A stretch of DNA of 64,000 bases from Alphaproteobacteria bacterium (GTDB taxonomy: Bacteria > Pseudomonadota > Alphaproteobacteria > CAAHEQ01 > UBA3637), in contig JAZQXL010000020.1 of assembly GCA_045632845.1 (NCBI GenBank), positions 99,386 to 163,385 of the forward strand. Direction: 5' to 3'. Within the stretch, counting starts at the first letter, position 1; each line of letters opens with the position of its first letter. Shown in pieces: positions 20,273-30,998 of this stretch. Under the pieces are notes generated by a model. The model saw only the letters and a list, made by a program, of their open reading frames with translations. It made no database searches and was not told the DNA's origin. The translations under genes and the position numbers were made by a program.

Positions 20273-21463
20273 TTATTCAAAGATTTTTGCAACAACGCCG
20301 GCGCCAACTGTGTGACCACCTTCACGAATAGCAAAACGCAAACCTTCGTCCATAGCTACAGGAACGATCAATGAAACTGTTAATTTAACATTGTCGCCTG
20401 GCATAACCATTTCAACACCTTCAGGTAATTCGATTGTACCTGTAACGTCTGTTGTACGGAAGTAGAATTGTGGGCGATAGTTTGCGAAGAATGGTGTATG
20501 ACGACCACCTTCATCTTTGCTCAACACATAAACTTCTGATTCAAATTTTGTGTGTGGAGTAATTGTTCCTGGAGCAGCCAAAACTTGACCACGTTCAACT
20601 TCGTCACGTTTTGTACCACGGAGAAGAGCACCGATGTTATCACCAGCTTCACCTTGATCCAATAATTTACGGAACATTTCAACGCCTGTACATGTTGTTT
20701 TAGCTGTTGGACGGATACCAACGATTTCAACTTCTTCACCAACTTTTAATACACCGCGTTCTACACGACCTGTAACAACTGTACCACGGCCTGAAATTGA
20801 GAACACGTCTTCGATTGGCATCAAGAATGGTTTGTCTTTTGGACGTTCTGGTTGTGGAATGTATGAGTCAACTGCTTCCATCAATGACAAGATAGCATCA
20901 CGACCGATTGCTGGATCACCATCATCTAATGCAACTTTTGCAGAACCTTTGATAACTGGAATATCATCACCTGGGAATTGGTATGAAGATAACAATTCAC
21001 GGATTTCCATTTCAACTAATTCTAACAATTCAGCATCGTCAACCATGTCAACTTTGTTCATGAAAACAACGATTGCAGGAACGCCGACTTGGCGAGCGAG
21101 CAAGATGTGTTCACGAGTTTGTGGCATAGGACCATCAGCTGAAGAAACAACTAAGATAGCGCCGTCCATTTGAGCAGCACCAGTAATCATGTTTTTAACA
21201 TAGTCAGCGTGGCCAGGGCAGTCAACGTGTGCATAGTGGCGGTTTGCTGTTTCATATTCAACGTGTGATGTTGAAATGGTAATACCGCGTGCGCGTTCTT
21301 CTGGAGCTTTATCGATGTTTGCATAATCAACGAAAGCTGCGCCACCTTTTTCTGCCAATACTTTTGTAATAGCAGCTGTTAATGTTGTTTTACCGTGGTC
21401 AACGTGACCGATCGTACCGATATTGCAGTGCGGTTTTGATCTTTCAAATTTTTCTTTACTCAT
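20273..21463 (-). CDS. tuf: Elongation factor Tu
   Basis: [32 protein letters not shown]...[26 protein letters not shown]. 396 aa. Confidence 0.97.
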   Translation of the reverse strand: MSKEKFERSKPHCNIGTIGHVDHGKTTLTAAITKVLAEKGGAAFVDYANIDKAPEERARGITISTSHVEYETANRHYAHVDCPGHADYVKNMITGAAQMDGAILVVSSADGPMPQTREHILLARQVGVPAIVVFMNKVDMVDDAELLELVEMEIRELLSSYQFPGDDIPVIKGSAKVALDDGDPAIGRDAILSLMEAVDSYIPQPERPKDKPFLMPIEDVFSISGRGTVVTGRVERGVLKVGEEVEIVGIRPTAKTTCTGVEMFRKLLDQGEAGDNIGALLRGTKRDEVERGQVLAAPGTITPHTKFESEVYVLSKDEGGRHTPFFANYRPQFYFRTTDVTGTIELPEGVEMVMPGDNVKLTVSLIVPVAMDEGLRFAIREGGHTVGAGVVAKIFE

Positions 21464-21525
21464 TATTATTTTCCTTAACTGATCAGTGTTAAAAAATTAA
21501 AATCCCACTATGGGATTTCGTTAAA

Positions 21526-21599
21526 TGGAGCGGGTGAAGGGAATCGAACCCTCGTAGTCAGCTTGGAAGGCTGGAGCTTTACCATTAAGCTACACCCGC
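21526..21599 (-). tRNA. tRNA-Gly (anticodon UCC)
   Basis: Reverse complement GCGGGTGTAGCTTAATGGTAAAGCTCCAGCCTTCCAAGCTGA...GGTTCGATTCCCTTCACCCGCTCCA. Confidence 0.85.
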
Positions 21600-21619
21600 A
21601 CATCAGTCGGGTTCGTCCT

Positions 21620-21705
21620 TGGTGGAAGGGGAAAGATTCGAACTTTCGTAGACATAAGTCGGCAGATTTACAGTCTGCTGCCATTAACCACTCGGCCACC
21701 CTTCC
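21620..21705 (-). tRNA. tRNA-Tyr (anticodon GUA)
   Basis: Reverse complement GGAAGGGTGGCCGAGTGGTTAATGGCAGCAGACTGTAAATCTGC...long variable arm...GTTCGAATCTTTCCCCTTCCACCA. Confidence 0.85.
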
Positions 21706-21842
21706 ATCTTTGGACGGACAACTTACACCAACCTCTGTGCAAGTAGGGTTATTATGCCTTTAAATTAAGCTCTTGTCAAGAACTTTTTTAAAAAAATAAT
21801 AACTCTTTCAATTTTATAGAAAAAACTTAATAAAATTTCACT

Positions 21843-23582
21843 TTATTTGAGCCGTTCTAACAATTCTTTTTCAAGCTCAGGCGTTAAATCGTACTTTAAT
21901 GCAAGGGCCTTTTCATATTGCGATTTAGATTCTCTTAAACGACCCAAAGCTTTATAAATATCGCCTAAATGCATATTCGCAACAGAGCTTGCTCCCATAC
22001 CATCAACCGCTTTTTCTGCAAAAAGGAGAGCATCATTATAACGTTCTTGCTTATAATAAGCAAATGCAAGCGAATCCATTATTTCTGGTGAATTTGGGGC
22101 TAACTCATTTGCTTTTTCTAAAAAGGCAACCGCTTCATTGATATGTAAATCTTTTTCAAGCCAAGCATAAGCCAAATAATTCAAAACAGAAGCATCATTT
22201 GGATCTAATCTCAAACATGACCTCATATTTTTTTCAAACAAATCAAATTTATCCTCTTCCAAATAACAGGCACCCGCATCAAAATAAACATCTTTAAAGT
22301 TACTTGCACCCATTTTTTCTAACAAAGAAATTGTTCGCTCATAAAAAGGAATCGCAGATTTACAATCCCCAATTTCTTTATATGAATTTGCAATAAGGGT
22401 TGATAAAACAAAATTGCTTTTATTCCGTGTTTCTAACTCATTAAAAATCACCAAAGCCTCTTTAATTTTCTTTTCTTTTAAATAAAGATTCCCTTTTTTA
22501 TAAAGAATAATATCTGACCTATTTGAAGTTTCCCATAATTCATCATAAATTTTATGTGCCGCATTAAAATGTCCTAAACGATCAAAACTTTCTGCCAACC
22601 AAATTTTTGCCAAATTATGATTATTATTTAAAAATAAAGATACATTCACAATAAAAGCTGCAACCTCATGTTGGTTAGAAGCATTAATTCCCCAAGAATA
22701 AAAGACCTCACTCATCCCCTCTTGTGGTGTTTTAATTGCTGGCATACCAACTTGCTCAATAATGTCTTTTAATAAAGGCGTTTCATTTAATATTTTTGTG
22801 TATTTTAACACATACCCGTTGCTAAAATTCCATCTTTTTCGTCTTTGAAAAAATTCTTTTCCAGAAACAAGCGCTGTCCATGAAGAAATATTGGGAATTG
22901 CTGCGATTTCATTATAATATTTTTCCGCAGCAGATTGATCACCAAAATAATCCATTATCAATGCAGAATGGTACAATCTTGTATGGTTTGAAAATTCATC
23001 TTTTTCCATTTTATTTAATGTTGCAAGAGCCTTTTCTTTATCTTTCAGACCAGCATAAACCCAAGCAAGCAAAGGATATTCATAAGATTTTTCCATCTTA
23101 TCTTTATTCAAAAGAAGAATGGCTTTTGCTTGTTGATAATTTTGATTTTTAATTGCGTGCGCAACCTTCACATAAGTAGCAAAAAAGAATTCATTATCCT
23201 TTTTTAAATCATCTGTAAAAAAAGAATTTAAGTCAGCAACATTGCCTGAAACACCCTCTAAAAAGTAAAGTTGTTTTGCAATAACATCATTTGTAGGATC
23301 AAGCTCATATGCTTTTCTCAAATAAAGAGCACTCTTATAAAAATCCCCTTCATTTTTAGCTGCAATTCCCGCCCAAAAAGCCCCCAAATTGATTGTTTCT
23401 GGAATTTCTCGTTCTGTCTTAAAAAACTCTTGAAACTTTTTTACTTCCTTATCTTTGGCTTGTTTTTGAGTAAAATACAAAACTTTTTCAAACCATTTAT
23501 CCATTGTTAAAGAAACTGGCTTATAAAAAAATGCACTCGATAAAATACCGCAAACAACCAAACTATAGAGAATCTTCTTCAT
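21843..23582 (-). CDS. Secreted tetratricopeptide-repeat (TPR) protein
   Basis: Signal peptide MKKILYSLVVCGILSSAFF. Multiple TPR-like repeats (ALYLRKAYELDPTN, AIPFYERTISLLE, AVAFLEKANELAPNSPE, KSQYEKALAL). 579 aa. Confidence 0.7.
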   Translation of the reverse strand: MKKILYSLVVCGILSSAFFYKPVSLTMDKWFEKVLYFTQKQAKDKEVKKFQEFFKTEREIPETINLGAFWAGIAAKNEGDFYKSALYLRKAYELDPTNDVIAKQLYFLEGVSGNVADLNSFFTDDLKKDNEFFFATYVKVAHAIKNQNYQQAKAILLLNKDKMEKSYEYPLLAWVYAGLKDKEKALATLNKMEKDEFSNHTRLYHSALIMDYFGDQSAAEKYYNEIAAIPNISSWTALVSGKEFFQRRKRWNFSNGYVLKYTKILNETPLLKDIIEQVGMPAIKTPQEGMSEVFYSWGINASNQHEVAAFIVNVSLFLNNNHNLAKIWLAESFDRLGHFNAAHKIYDELWETSNRSDIILYKKGNLYLKEKKIKEALVIFNELETRNKSNFVLSTLIANSYKEIGDCKSAIPFYERTISLLEKMGASNFKDVYFDAGACYLEEDKFDLFEKNMRSCLRLDPNDASVLNYLAYAWLEKDLHINEAVAFLEKANELAPNSPEIMDSLAFAYYKQERYNDALLFAEKAVDGMGASSVANMHLGDIYKALGRLRESKSQYEKALALKYDLTPELEKELLERLK

Positions 23583-23664
23583 ATTACACTTCCATTTTTA
23601 GAAAAAACTTTACATTTTATGTATTTTTATGCTATCATCATTTTACAAAAAAAAGAAGTAAAAA

Positions 23665-24453
23665 ATGAACACCTATGCAATTTTAAAATGGTATCAACTT
23701 TCAAATATCACAGAGGTTATTGGCGAACTTGCCATTGACCGTTTTGAGTTGTTCAAAAAAAACCAAGAACAAACCCGAACAAATCCTATTGTTTTCAACA
23801 CACAAACAGAAGAAAAAACAAATATTGTTGTTGATAAAAATCTTTCGTTTGTAACAAAGGCTGAAGAAATTGCACAATCAAGTAACTCATTAATCGAATT
23901 AAAGCAATCACTCGAATCTTTTGATTCTTGTTCATTAAAAAAAACAGCTCTCAACACTTTTATCGGTGTCGGCAAACAAGAAAATCCAACTGTTTTTTGT
24001 TTGTTTGATGCACCTAAAGCGCAAGCTGAAAAATCAGGTAATTTATTTGATGGTCCAAATGGCGTTTTGATGCAAAAAATGCTTTCAGCCATTCAACTAT
24101 CTCCCCAAAATTCATTTATTGCGCCCTTAATCCCTTGGAGATTACCCGGCGACAGAAAACCAACACAAACCGAAGAATGCATCTGTGCTCCATTTATAAA
24201 AAAACAAATTGAGCTGGTAAATCCAGATTTCATTCTTATTTTTGGAGCCATTCCAACACGTGTTTTAATGGGAATTGAAAGCATCTCCAAAGCAAGACAA
24301 CAAAACTTAACATATCAACTTAATGATAAAAACATCCCTGTTATTGCAACATTTGGGCCCGATTTGGTTTCCACTTCACAAACCTCTCGCAAAAATGCTT
24401 GGGATGATTTAAAAAAACTTAACCAATTAATACAAGAAAAAATATCAAACTAA
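23665..24453 (+). CDS. Uracil-DNA glycosylase family 4-like protein (phage-type DNA-polymerase-associated UDG superfamily) with N-terminal extension
   Basis: FIGVGKQENPTVFCLFDAPKAQAEKSGNLFDGPNGVLMQKMLSAIQL resembles the family-4 UDG GEAPG..E...G.PF.G..G..L motif. FILIFGAIPTRVLMG resembles the C-terminal motif. Extra ~90 aa at the N-terminus. Confidence 0.6.
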   Translation: MNTYAILKWYQLSNITEVIGELAIDRFELFKKNQEQTRTNPIVFNTQTEEKTNIVVDKNLSFVTKAEEIAQSSNSLIELKQSLESFDSCSLKKTALNTFIGVGKQENPTVFCLFDAPKAQAEKSGNLFDGPNGVLMQKMLSAIQLSPQNSFIAPLIPWRLPGDRKPTQTEECICAPFIKKQIELVNPDFILIFGAIPTRVLMGIESISKARQQNLTYQLNDKNIPVIATFGPDLVSTSQTSRKNAWDDLKKLNQLIQEKISN

Positions 24454-24469
24454 CAAAAGGAAATTAAAA

Positions 24470-25744
24470 ATGCTTGATATCAAATTTATTCGTGAAAACC
24501 CTGATATTGTCAAAAAAACTTTGGCTGAAAAATGCTTAACATTAGATATTGATGAACTTTTATCGATTGATAAAAAAATCATCCAAATCAAACAATTGAT
24601 GGAAGCTGAATTACAAAAAAGAAATGCTCTTAGCAAAGAAATGCCAAAAGCTTCACCTGAAAGAAAAGAAGAAATCAAAGAACTTTCTAAAAAATCAGGG
24701 CAACAAGCAGCCGCATATGCCGAAGAATTAAAACCTTTAGAAGAACAATTCAAATCAATGATGGGCATGACACCAACTATCCCTGCTCCAGATGTTCCAC
24801 GTGGAACAAGTGAAGAAGAAAACGTTGTCGTTCGCCAAGTTGGCGAAAAACCAACATTCGATTTTGAAATGAAAGACCATGTTGAGTTGATGGATTTGAA
24901 CAACTGGGGTGAATTCAAAAAAATCTCTCAAATTTGCGGCAGCCGCACTGTCGGGATTAAAGGTGAACTTCTTCAATTAGAAATGGCTTTATGGCAATTT
25001 ACTGTTAATAAATTGATGGAAAAAGGCTTTACCGTAATGAGCGTCCCTTCCCTCTCATTTGAAAACGCATTCTATCACACAGGCCACTTCCCATTTGATT
25101 ATGATTCTGTTTACTCTATGCCAAAAGACAACCTTTATTTAGCTGGAACAGCTGAAGTTATTTTAAACAGTATTCACGCAGGCGATATTCTTAAAGAAGC
25201 TGATTTGCCAATTATGTACGCAGGATTCTCTCCTTGTTTCAGACGTGAAGCAGGCGCTGCTGGTAAAGACACAAGAGGACTTATCCGTGTTCACCAATTC
25301 AGCAAAGTTGAACAATACATTATTTGTAAAGCTGAAGTTGCCGAATCAGATAAAATGCATCAATTTATTTTGCAAAATGCTGAGGAAGTTATGCAAGAAA
25401 TGGAAATTCCATATCAAATCATTGCGAACTGCACAGGCGATATGGGTGCGGGCAAATACCGTATGAACGACATTGAAGCTTGGTGTCCAGGTCAAAACCA
25501 ATACAGAGAAACGCACAGCTGTTCTTCTTTATTAGACTGGCAAGCACGTCGAACAAACATCCGCTATCGTGAAGATGAAACAGGCAAAGTTAAATATGCT
25601 TATACATTGAACAATACAGGCCTTGCAACACCACGTGTGTTGGTTGCCTTTATTGAAAATCACCAACAAGCTGATGGATCTGTTCGTATTCCAAAAGCTC
25701 TTCAACCTTATATGGGTGGAAAAACAAAAATCGGTGGAAAATAA
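24470..25744 (+). CDS. serS: Serine--tRNA ligase
   Basis: MLDIKFIRENPDIVKKTLAEK, N-terminal coiled coil, class II motifs (FRREAGAAGKDTRGLIRVHQFSKVE, GLATPRVLVAFIENHQ). Confidence 0.95.
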   Translation: MLDIKFIRENPDIVKKTLAEKCLTLDIDELLSIDKKIIQIKQLMEAELQKRNALSKEMPKASPERKEEIKELSKKSGQQAAAYAEELKPLEEQFKSMMGMTPTIPAPDVPRGTSEEENVVVRQVGEKPTFDFEMKDHVELMDLNNWGEFKKISQICGSRTVGIKGELLQLEMALWQFTVNKLMEKGFTVMSVPSLSFENAFYHTGHFPFDYDSVYSMPKDNLYLAGTAEVILNSIHAGDILKEADLPIMYAGFSPCFRREAGAAGKDTRGLIRVHQFSKVEQYIICKAEVAESDKMHQFILQNAEEVMQEMEIPYQIIANCTGDMGAGKYRMNDIEAWCPGQNQYRETHSCSSLLDWQARRTNIRYREDETGKVKYAYTLNNTGLATPRVLVAFIENHQQADGSVRIPKALQPYMGGKTKIGGK

Positions 25745-25769
25745 AAATGAACCACTCTAAAAAAAGAGG

Positions 25770-25798
25770 CTTTAACGCCTCTTTTTTTTATTTAAATT
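25770..25798 (+). terminator. Terminator after serS
   Basis: aaaaaagaggctttaacgcctctttttttt. Confidence 0.6.
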
Positions 25799-26033
25799 CA
25801 CCATCATTAAACAACTCATTTGATTTTTATTTTCAATAAGTTAATCAACTTAAGGGTATGGGAGAAAAAACGAACCTTATTTTTCCTATAGCACAAATCA
25901 AATATGTTTGCAAATAATTTCACAAGAAAACTCAATAAAATTATTGTGTTATTTTGTTTTTCAAAAAACATTAAAATCTCCTCAAAATATGGAAAAAAAA
26001 GGTTCGTTTTTTTTCACACAAAAGGAGATAATT

Positions 26034-26507
26034 ATGAAATATAAAAAAAATGAGTCAGGCAGATCAATGGTTGAAATGTTGGGCGTCTTGGCTATTATCG
26101 GTGTGCTTTCTGTCGGCGGTATTGCAGGATACAGTTTGTCAATGCGTCGTCACAGAGCCAATGGTGTGGTAGATTATATCTCAAAATTTGCTTTAACAGA
26201 ATATGCTAAATGTCAACAAGAAGTGCTAGAAACCGGTATTTCAACATGGTACTGCAGCAATAAGGGGACATCATATTCACCCAACAGCACCCAATTGCCC
26301 GATATTGGAACTTTTCCTTCAGGAATTACTCAAATTACAACAAACGACATTTATACCGCTAGTGATGATGGTGCTGATGATAAAGTTGATATTGATGTAA
26401 AATTTTACGATCAAAAACTCTGTCAAGCAGTTGCGAGCGTTTCAGGATACAGTTGTGGCACTCAGAACAATGAACATATTATTAATTTTGTATTTAAGAT
26501 GGAATAA
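26034..26507 (+). CDS. Type IV pilin-like protein (prepilin with class III signal peptide), orphan
   Basis: MKYKKNESG|RSMVEMLGVLAIIGVLSVGGIAGYSL: short basic leader ending in Gly, Glu at +5, ~20-residue hydrophobic helix (parallels GFTLIEMLIVLAII). Two C-terminal Cys pairs (C..C). RBS aaaggaga 6 bp upstream of the ATG. Confidence 0.7.
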   Translation: MKYKKNESGRSMVEMLGVLAIIGVLSVGGIAGYSLSMRRHRANGVVDYISKFALTEYAKCQQEVLETGISTWYCSNKGTSYSPNSTQLPDIGTFPSGITQITTNDIYTASDDGADDKVDIDVKFYDQKLCQAVASVSGYSCGTQNNEHIINFVFKME

Positions 26508-26526
26508 GTTCAATCAAAATGAATTT

Positions 26527-26565
26527 AAATCCCAAAAAGGAGTCTCAAAAAAAGAGACTCCTTTT
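26527..26565. terminator. Bidirectional terminator between the pilin-like gene and rpoH
   Basis: aaaaaggagtctcaaaaaaagagactcctttttt. Confidence 0.6.
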
Positions 26566-26582
26566 TTCTCAACAAAAAGAAT

Positions 26583-27482
26583 CTAAATTGTTAAAAGCGA
26601 AGCTTCAGCTTTTACATATTTTGAAATTTTTTCAAAAGCTTTATTTTCAATCTGACGAATCCGTTCACGGCTAATTTTAAACTGAACACCTAAATCTTCA
26701 AGTGTGACAGGATCATCTGTTAAAAATCGTTTTGAGATAATTGTTTTTTCACGATCTGAAAGCGTTTCAATTGCTTGTAAAAGGAGTCGTTTTTTAACAG
26801 CCATATCTTCTCTATTCCCCAAATCTTCTTCAATTGAAATAGCAGAATCAGCCAACATGTCTTGATGATTGGTTGCCGTGTCCGAAGACAATGTTGCATT
26901 CAAAGAAGAATCACCACTCAAACGTTGTTCCATTTCAATAACATCTTTTTTAGCAACCCCAAGCATTTTTGAAATTTGCTCAGCTGTTTCATCATTCAAA
27001 CTCGTTTCATCATACAAACCCAAACGAGATTTGATTTTATGAAGATTATAAAAAAGTCTTTTTTGTGTAGCCACAGTCCCAATCTTAACCAACGACCAAG
27101 ATTTTAAAATAAACTCTGAAATTGAAGCTTTTATCCACCAAATAGCATATGTTGCTAAACGGAATCCTTTATCAGGATCAAACCGTTTAATCGCTTGCAT
27201 TAAACCAATGTTAGCTTCAGAAATCAAATCAGCTAAAGACAAACCATAATGTCTAAATGACAATGCAACTTTAGCCGCCAATCTTAAATGTGATGTTGTT
27301 AATTGATGTGCTGCAGCAATATCATTGTCATCATGAAATCTTTTAGCCAACATATACTCTTGATCAGCGTCCAACATTGGAAACTTGTTCACTTCAGCTA
27401 AATAGAGAGACAGAGAATTTCTTGTATATAAAAGTGATAATACATTTGTATTTGACTGCGTCATTATCTTATATCCTTTCAA
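26583..27482 (-). CDS. rpoH: RNA polymerase sigma-32 factor (heat-shock sigma)
   Basis: Sigma-70 regions 2 and 4 (LADLISEANIGLMQAIKRFDPDKGFRLATYAIWWIKASI, RpoH box-like QRKLFFNL; TLEDLGVQFKISRERIRQIE). Confidence 0.88.
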   Translation of the reverse strand: MKGYKIMTQSNTNVLSLLYTRNSLSLYLAEVNKFPMLDADQEYMLAKRFHDDNDIAAAHQLTTSHLRLAAKVALSFRHYGLSLADLISEANIGLMQAIKRFDPDKGFRLATYAIWWIKASISEFILKSWSLVKIGTVATQKRLFYNLHKIKSRLGLYDETSLNDETAEQISKMLGVAKKDVIEMEQRLSGDSSLNATLSSDTATNHQDMLADSAISIEEDLGNREDMAVKKRLLLQAIETLSDREKTIISKRFLTDDPVTLEDLGVQFKISRERIRQIENKAFEKISKYVKAEASLLTI

Positions 27483-27847
27483 AAAGCAATATAACTTTGA
27501 GTCTCTCTACTAGAGACAAGACCCACCCCTTCTTAGGTAGATTGACTATAGCAAATAGCAAAAAGATTGTCAACCAAATATTTGTTTAAAATATAATGTT
27601 TTTAAAGCCATTAAGCATATAAAATGATGTATTAATTTGCTAATGGAGAATTTTTAAGCATATAATAAACGATAAAAAAAACTATAATCCCCGCCATTAA
27701 GCATTTTTGTAACGAAAACATTTTTTAACCTCTTTTTTTAATTTGATAACTAAGTATAACATTAAAAATTATTTCAACAATATTTTTCTTGATAAAAACA
27801 AAAAAAAACGCTACCTTATAAGATATAAAAACAAAAATGAGTTAATC

Positions 27848-28636
27848 ATGATAAAAAACGTTACAATTTATCCTCTTGAAGAGTTTGATGGCATGCGTAA
27901 AGCAGGTCGTCTTGCCGCTGAAACACTTGATTACATTACCCCATTTGTAAAACCAGGTGTTTCAACGGGTTACCTTGATGATTTATTGGAAGCATTTATG
28001 CGCCAAAATGGTGGTATCCCTGCTTGCATTGGGTACAATGGATACCCAAAAGCAAGTTGCATTTCTCCAAATCATGTTATTTGCCACGGGATTCCTTCTG
28101 AAAAGAAAATTTTGCAAGATGGAGACATTATCAACATCGACATTACTGTCATTCTTGATGGTTGGTATGGTGATACCTCTCGTATGTACTACGTTGGAAA
28201 ACCATCTTTAAAAGCGCGTCGTTTGGTGGAAACAACTTATGCTACAATGATGGCGGGAATCGAACAATGCCTACCTGGAAAAACAACTGGTGACATTGGA
28301 TATGCAATGCAAAAGCTTGCTGCAAGAGAAAATTATTCTGTTGTTCTTGATTTTTGTGGTCACGGTATTGGAAGAGTCTTTCATGGGCAACCCAACATTT
28401 TAAATTATGGCACACCAGGGGCTGGAACAAAGCTTGTTCCAGGTATGATATTTACCGTTGAACCAATGGTAAATATAGGAACGCATCAAGCCACCATCTT
28501 GCCAGATGGGTGGACTGCCATCACAAAAGACAGATCTTTATCTGCACAATTCGAACATTCTTTGGGAATCACTGAAAATGGATATGAAATTTTCACACTC
28601 TCCCCTAAAGGATACACCTTTCCGCCTTACAAATAA
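27848..28636 (+). CDS. map: Methionine aminopeptidase type I
   Basis: MIKNVTIYPLEEFDGMRKAGRLAAETLD...GHGIGRVFH...TVEPM (metal-binding residues). The annotated ORF starts earlier; internal ATG chosen. Confidence 0.9.
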   Translation: MIKNVTIYPLEEFDGMRKAGRLAAETLDYITPFVKPGVSTGYLDDLLEAFMRQNGGIPACIGYNGYPKASCISPNHVICHGIPSEKKILQDGDIINIDITVILDGWYGDTSRMYYVGKPSLKARRLVETTYATMMAGIEQCLPGKTTGDIGYAMQKLAARENYSVVLDFCGHGIGRVFHGQPNILNYGTPGAGTKLVPGMIFTVEPMVNIGTHQATILPDGWTAITKDRSLSAQFEHSLGITENGYEIFTLSPKGYTFPPYK

Positions 28637-28651
28637 AAAACGGGGTCCTAA

Positions 28652-29362
28652 TTGACAGAAGAAACAAACAATACACCAACTGTTCCAGATTACCTTGGTC
28701 ATCGATCAAGGATGAAAAACAAAGTTTTAGATAAAGGTGGAACGTCTTTAACAGAAATTGAACTGTTGGAAGTTTTATTGATGTATTCTATACCAAGAAA
28801 AGATGTCAAACCAATCGCAAAACAATTGCTTCGAAAATTTGTAACACTTAGAAATGTTTTAAATGCTGATCCAGGATTATTAACAGATGTAAAAGGGGTT
28901 AAAGAATCCACTATTTGCTTATTTAAAACTGTTGAGGCTGCCTGTTTGCAAATGGTCGCTCCAAAAGTTCAAAAAGAAACATATTTAGATGATTGGGATT
29001 CGATTTTAGACTTTATTCGTTTAAATTTATCACACAAAGATACTGAATGTTTAATGGTTATTTATTTAAATAGAAAAAAGAAAATTATTACAACCAGTAT
29101 GTCAAGTACAAGTGGCCGCTCAAATGTTCAAATTATTCCTTCTGAAATTGTGAATAAATGTGTTTCAGCAAAAGCAGCTGCTATTATTTTAATTCACAAT
29201 CATCCCTCTGGAAAACCAACACCATCCGATGCTGATGTCAAAAACACTCACATTTTAGCTGAACAATTATCAACTCTTGATATTGCGTTAGTGGATCATT
29301 TGATTGTTGGAAACAACACAGTTTATTCCATCAACAATCGTGGAATTATTAAATCACTTTAA
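28652..29362 (+). CDS. radC: RadC-family JAB/MPN domain protein
   Basis: HRSRMKNKVL...ELLEVLLMYSIPRKDVKPIAKQLL (HhH-like N-term) and JAMM motif HNHPSGKPTPSDADVKNT. Confidence 0.85.
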   Translation: MTEETNNTPTVPDYLGHRSRMKNKVLDKGGTSLTEIELLEVLLMYSIPRKDVKPIAKQLLRKFVTLRNVLNADPGLLTDVKGVKESTICLFKTVEAACLQMVAPKVQKETYLDDWDSILDFIRLNLSHKDTECLMVIYLNRKKKIITTSMSSTSGRSNVQIIPSEIVNKCVSAKAAAIILIHNHPSGKPTPSDADVKNTHILAEQLSTLDIALVDHLIVGNNTVYSINNRGIIKSL

Positions 29363-30391
29363 TTAAATTCTTTTTATTTTTTTAGGAATACCAGCAATTG
29401 ATGTAATAGCTCGTTCCAACATCAACTCTGCAGGAAGTTCAGTTGTTTTTGTTTGTTTTTCTGTTTCTAACAAAAGCTGTAATACTTTTAAAATAAACGT
29501 TTTTTTCCACAAATATATTTGGGACGCCATAATTTCTTTTTGTTTAAATTGGTTGGCTCTTAATATTTTTTTCAATATTTCATCCCTTGAAACACCGTTT
29601 TCAGACATATCCACAGCCAATAATAATTTGTTAAAATGAGCCATTAATATCCGAACAATTGAAACAGGCGTTTCCCCATTCACCAATAAATTACGACAAA
29701 TCTTGTCAGCTTGCTGCTGTTTTCCAAGTGCAACAGCATGGCAAAGCTCATCAAAAGAGGCTGTTTCTGTTTTAGGAATAACAGCTTGTACATCTGCCAC
29801 AGTGATTTGTTTTTTATCCCCCAAATAGGTCATTAATTTATCAAGTTCAGATTGCGTGATAATCCTGTTTTCAACCAAAGATTCTGAAAGCAAATTCATC
29901 GCATCAGCATCTGGCGTATATCCCTTATCACGCAAATATGATGAAATAAGCAACCTTGTATCTTTTTCGTCATCAGCATAGCATGCAATTTCCAATCCAT
30001 CTGCTGCATTTTCAACCAAATTTCTTAACGAAGATGTTTTTTGCAAAGCATCACTTGTTATTAACAAAAATGTATCAGTCTGTATAAAATTTAAATAACT
30101 TTCAACACACTCTAAAATAGTATTATCTGCCTCTTTAAGCCAAATCAATTTTCTTCCCCCTAAAAATGAAGGCATATTCCCTTCATCTAACAGGCGACTT
30201 GGCGTTTCTTTTAAGTGAGATTTTGTTAGTTTTACTAAAGAAAACTCATCCTTTTGAGGAATAACCATCTTAATAAGGCGTTGAGCACAATCTTCAACAA
30301 TACCAAAATCTGCACCATGAATAAGAGCAACCTTAAAAACGGCACAAATCTGTTTTTGTAAAGACTCAATTTGAGCTGGTTTCGCTTTCAC
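29363..30391 (-). CDS. holA: DNA polymerase III subunit delta (probable)
   Basis: 342 aa. Weak family similarity only; assignment is mainly from the conserved position immediately after lptE. Confidence 0.6.
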   Translation of the reverse strand: MKAKPAQIESLQKQICAVFKVALIHGADFGIVEDCAQRLIKMVIPQKDEFSLVKLTKSHLKETPSRLLDEGNMPSFLGGRKLIWLKEADNTILECVESYLNFIQTDTFLLITSDALQKTSSLRNLVENAADGLEIACYADDEKDTRLLISSYLRDKGYTPDADAMNLLSESLVENRIITQSELDKLMTYLGDKKQITVADVQAVIPKTETASFDELCHAVALGKQQQADKICRNLLVNGETPVSIVRILMAHFNKLLLAVDMSENGVSRDEILKKILRANQFKQKEIMASQIYLWKKTFILKVLQLLLETEKQTKTTELPAELMLERAITSIAGIPKKIKRI

Positions 30392-30887
30392 TTTCCACCT
30401 CTTTTTGCTTTAAGTACGCAGCAACACGCAATGAAATGTTATTTGCAACAATTTGAACTAAATCTTCTGTTTGTCTTTTTTCAGCTTGATATGTTGTATA
30501 CGGTTCATAAAAAACGTTAAACGCACCCAAAGCTGTCGTTGATGAAGACAAAACAGTTTCTTTTGTGTTTTTATCAATTAACTTATAATTAGCTGTTAAT
30601 GTAATCTTTTTTCTGCTTGCAAAATTATCCCCTTGAATACTTTGATCTGAAAGCAGTGGACTATCCAAGTAAACTTCTAAAATATACTTTTTAGGGCCAT
30701 TAATCCTTTTTGGATTTAATGCATTTTCAATACTTTGTTTAAGCACATATCCGTTGTAATCAGCAATAGGCGCAACCAAAACTTGCTCTGTTTGGGAAAC
30801 TTCACCCTCATTTGAATAATACAATGGTGTAAATCCACAACCAGAAAGGACAAAAAAAGTACCTAAAATTATTTTTTTAAACAACAT
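30366..30887 (-). CDS. lptE: LPS-assembly lipoprotein LptE-like
   Basis: Lipobox ILGTFFVLSGC. ~170 aa. Conserved lptE-holA arrangement. Start set at MLFKKIIL. Confidence 0.65.
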   Translation of the reverse strand: MLFKKIILGTFFVLSGCGFTPLYYSNEGEVSQTEQVLVAPIADYNGYVLKQSIENALNPKRINGPKKYILEVYLDSPLLSDQSIQGDNFASRKKITLTANYKLIDKNTKETVLSSSTTALGAFNVFYEPYTTYQAEKRQTEDLVQIVANNISLRVAAYLKQKEVESESETSSN

Positions 30888-30998
30888 ATTGCCTCGTCTA
30901 AAAGAAGTAAAAACCTTTTTCAATTGATTTTTTTTAAAAAACATTGTATGCTTAGTTTAACGATTTTTAGAACAAAAAACAAGGAAAATCATAAGTTT

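Noticed and set aside
21707-21760. Possible third tRNA upstream of tRNA-Tyr (by analogy to thrU-tyrU-glyT-thrT-tufB)
   Set aside because: The reverse complement lacks the GTGGC/TAGCTCAG D-arm and GTTCGAATC T-arm features, so no cloverleaf can be drawn. More likely the promoter region of the tRNA-tuf unit.
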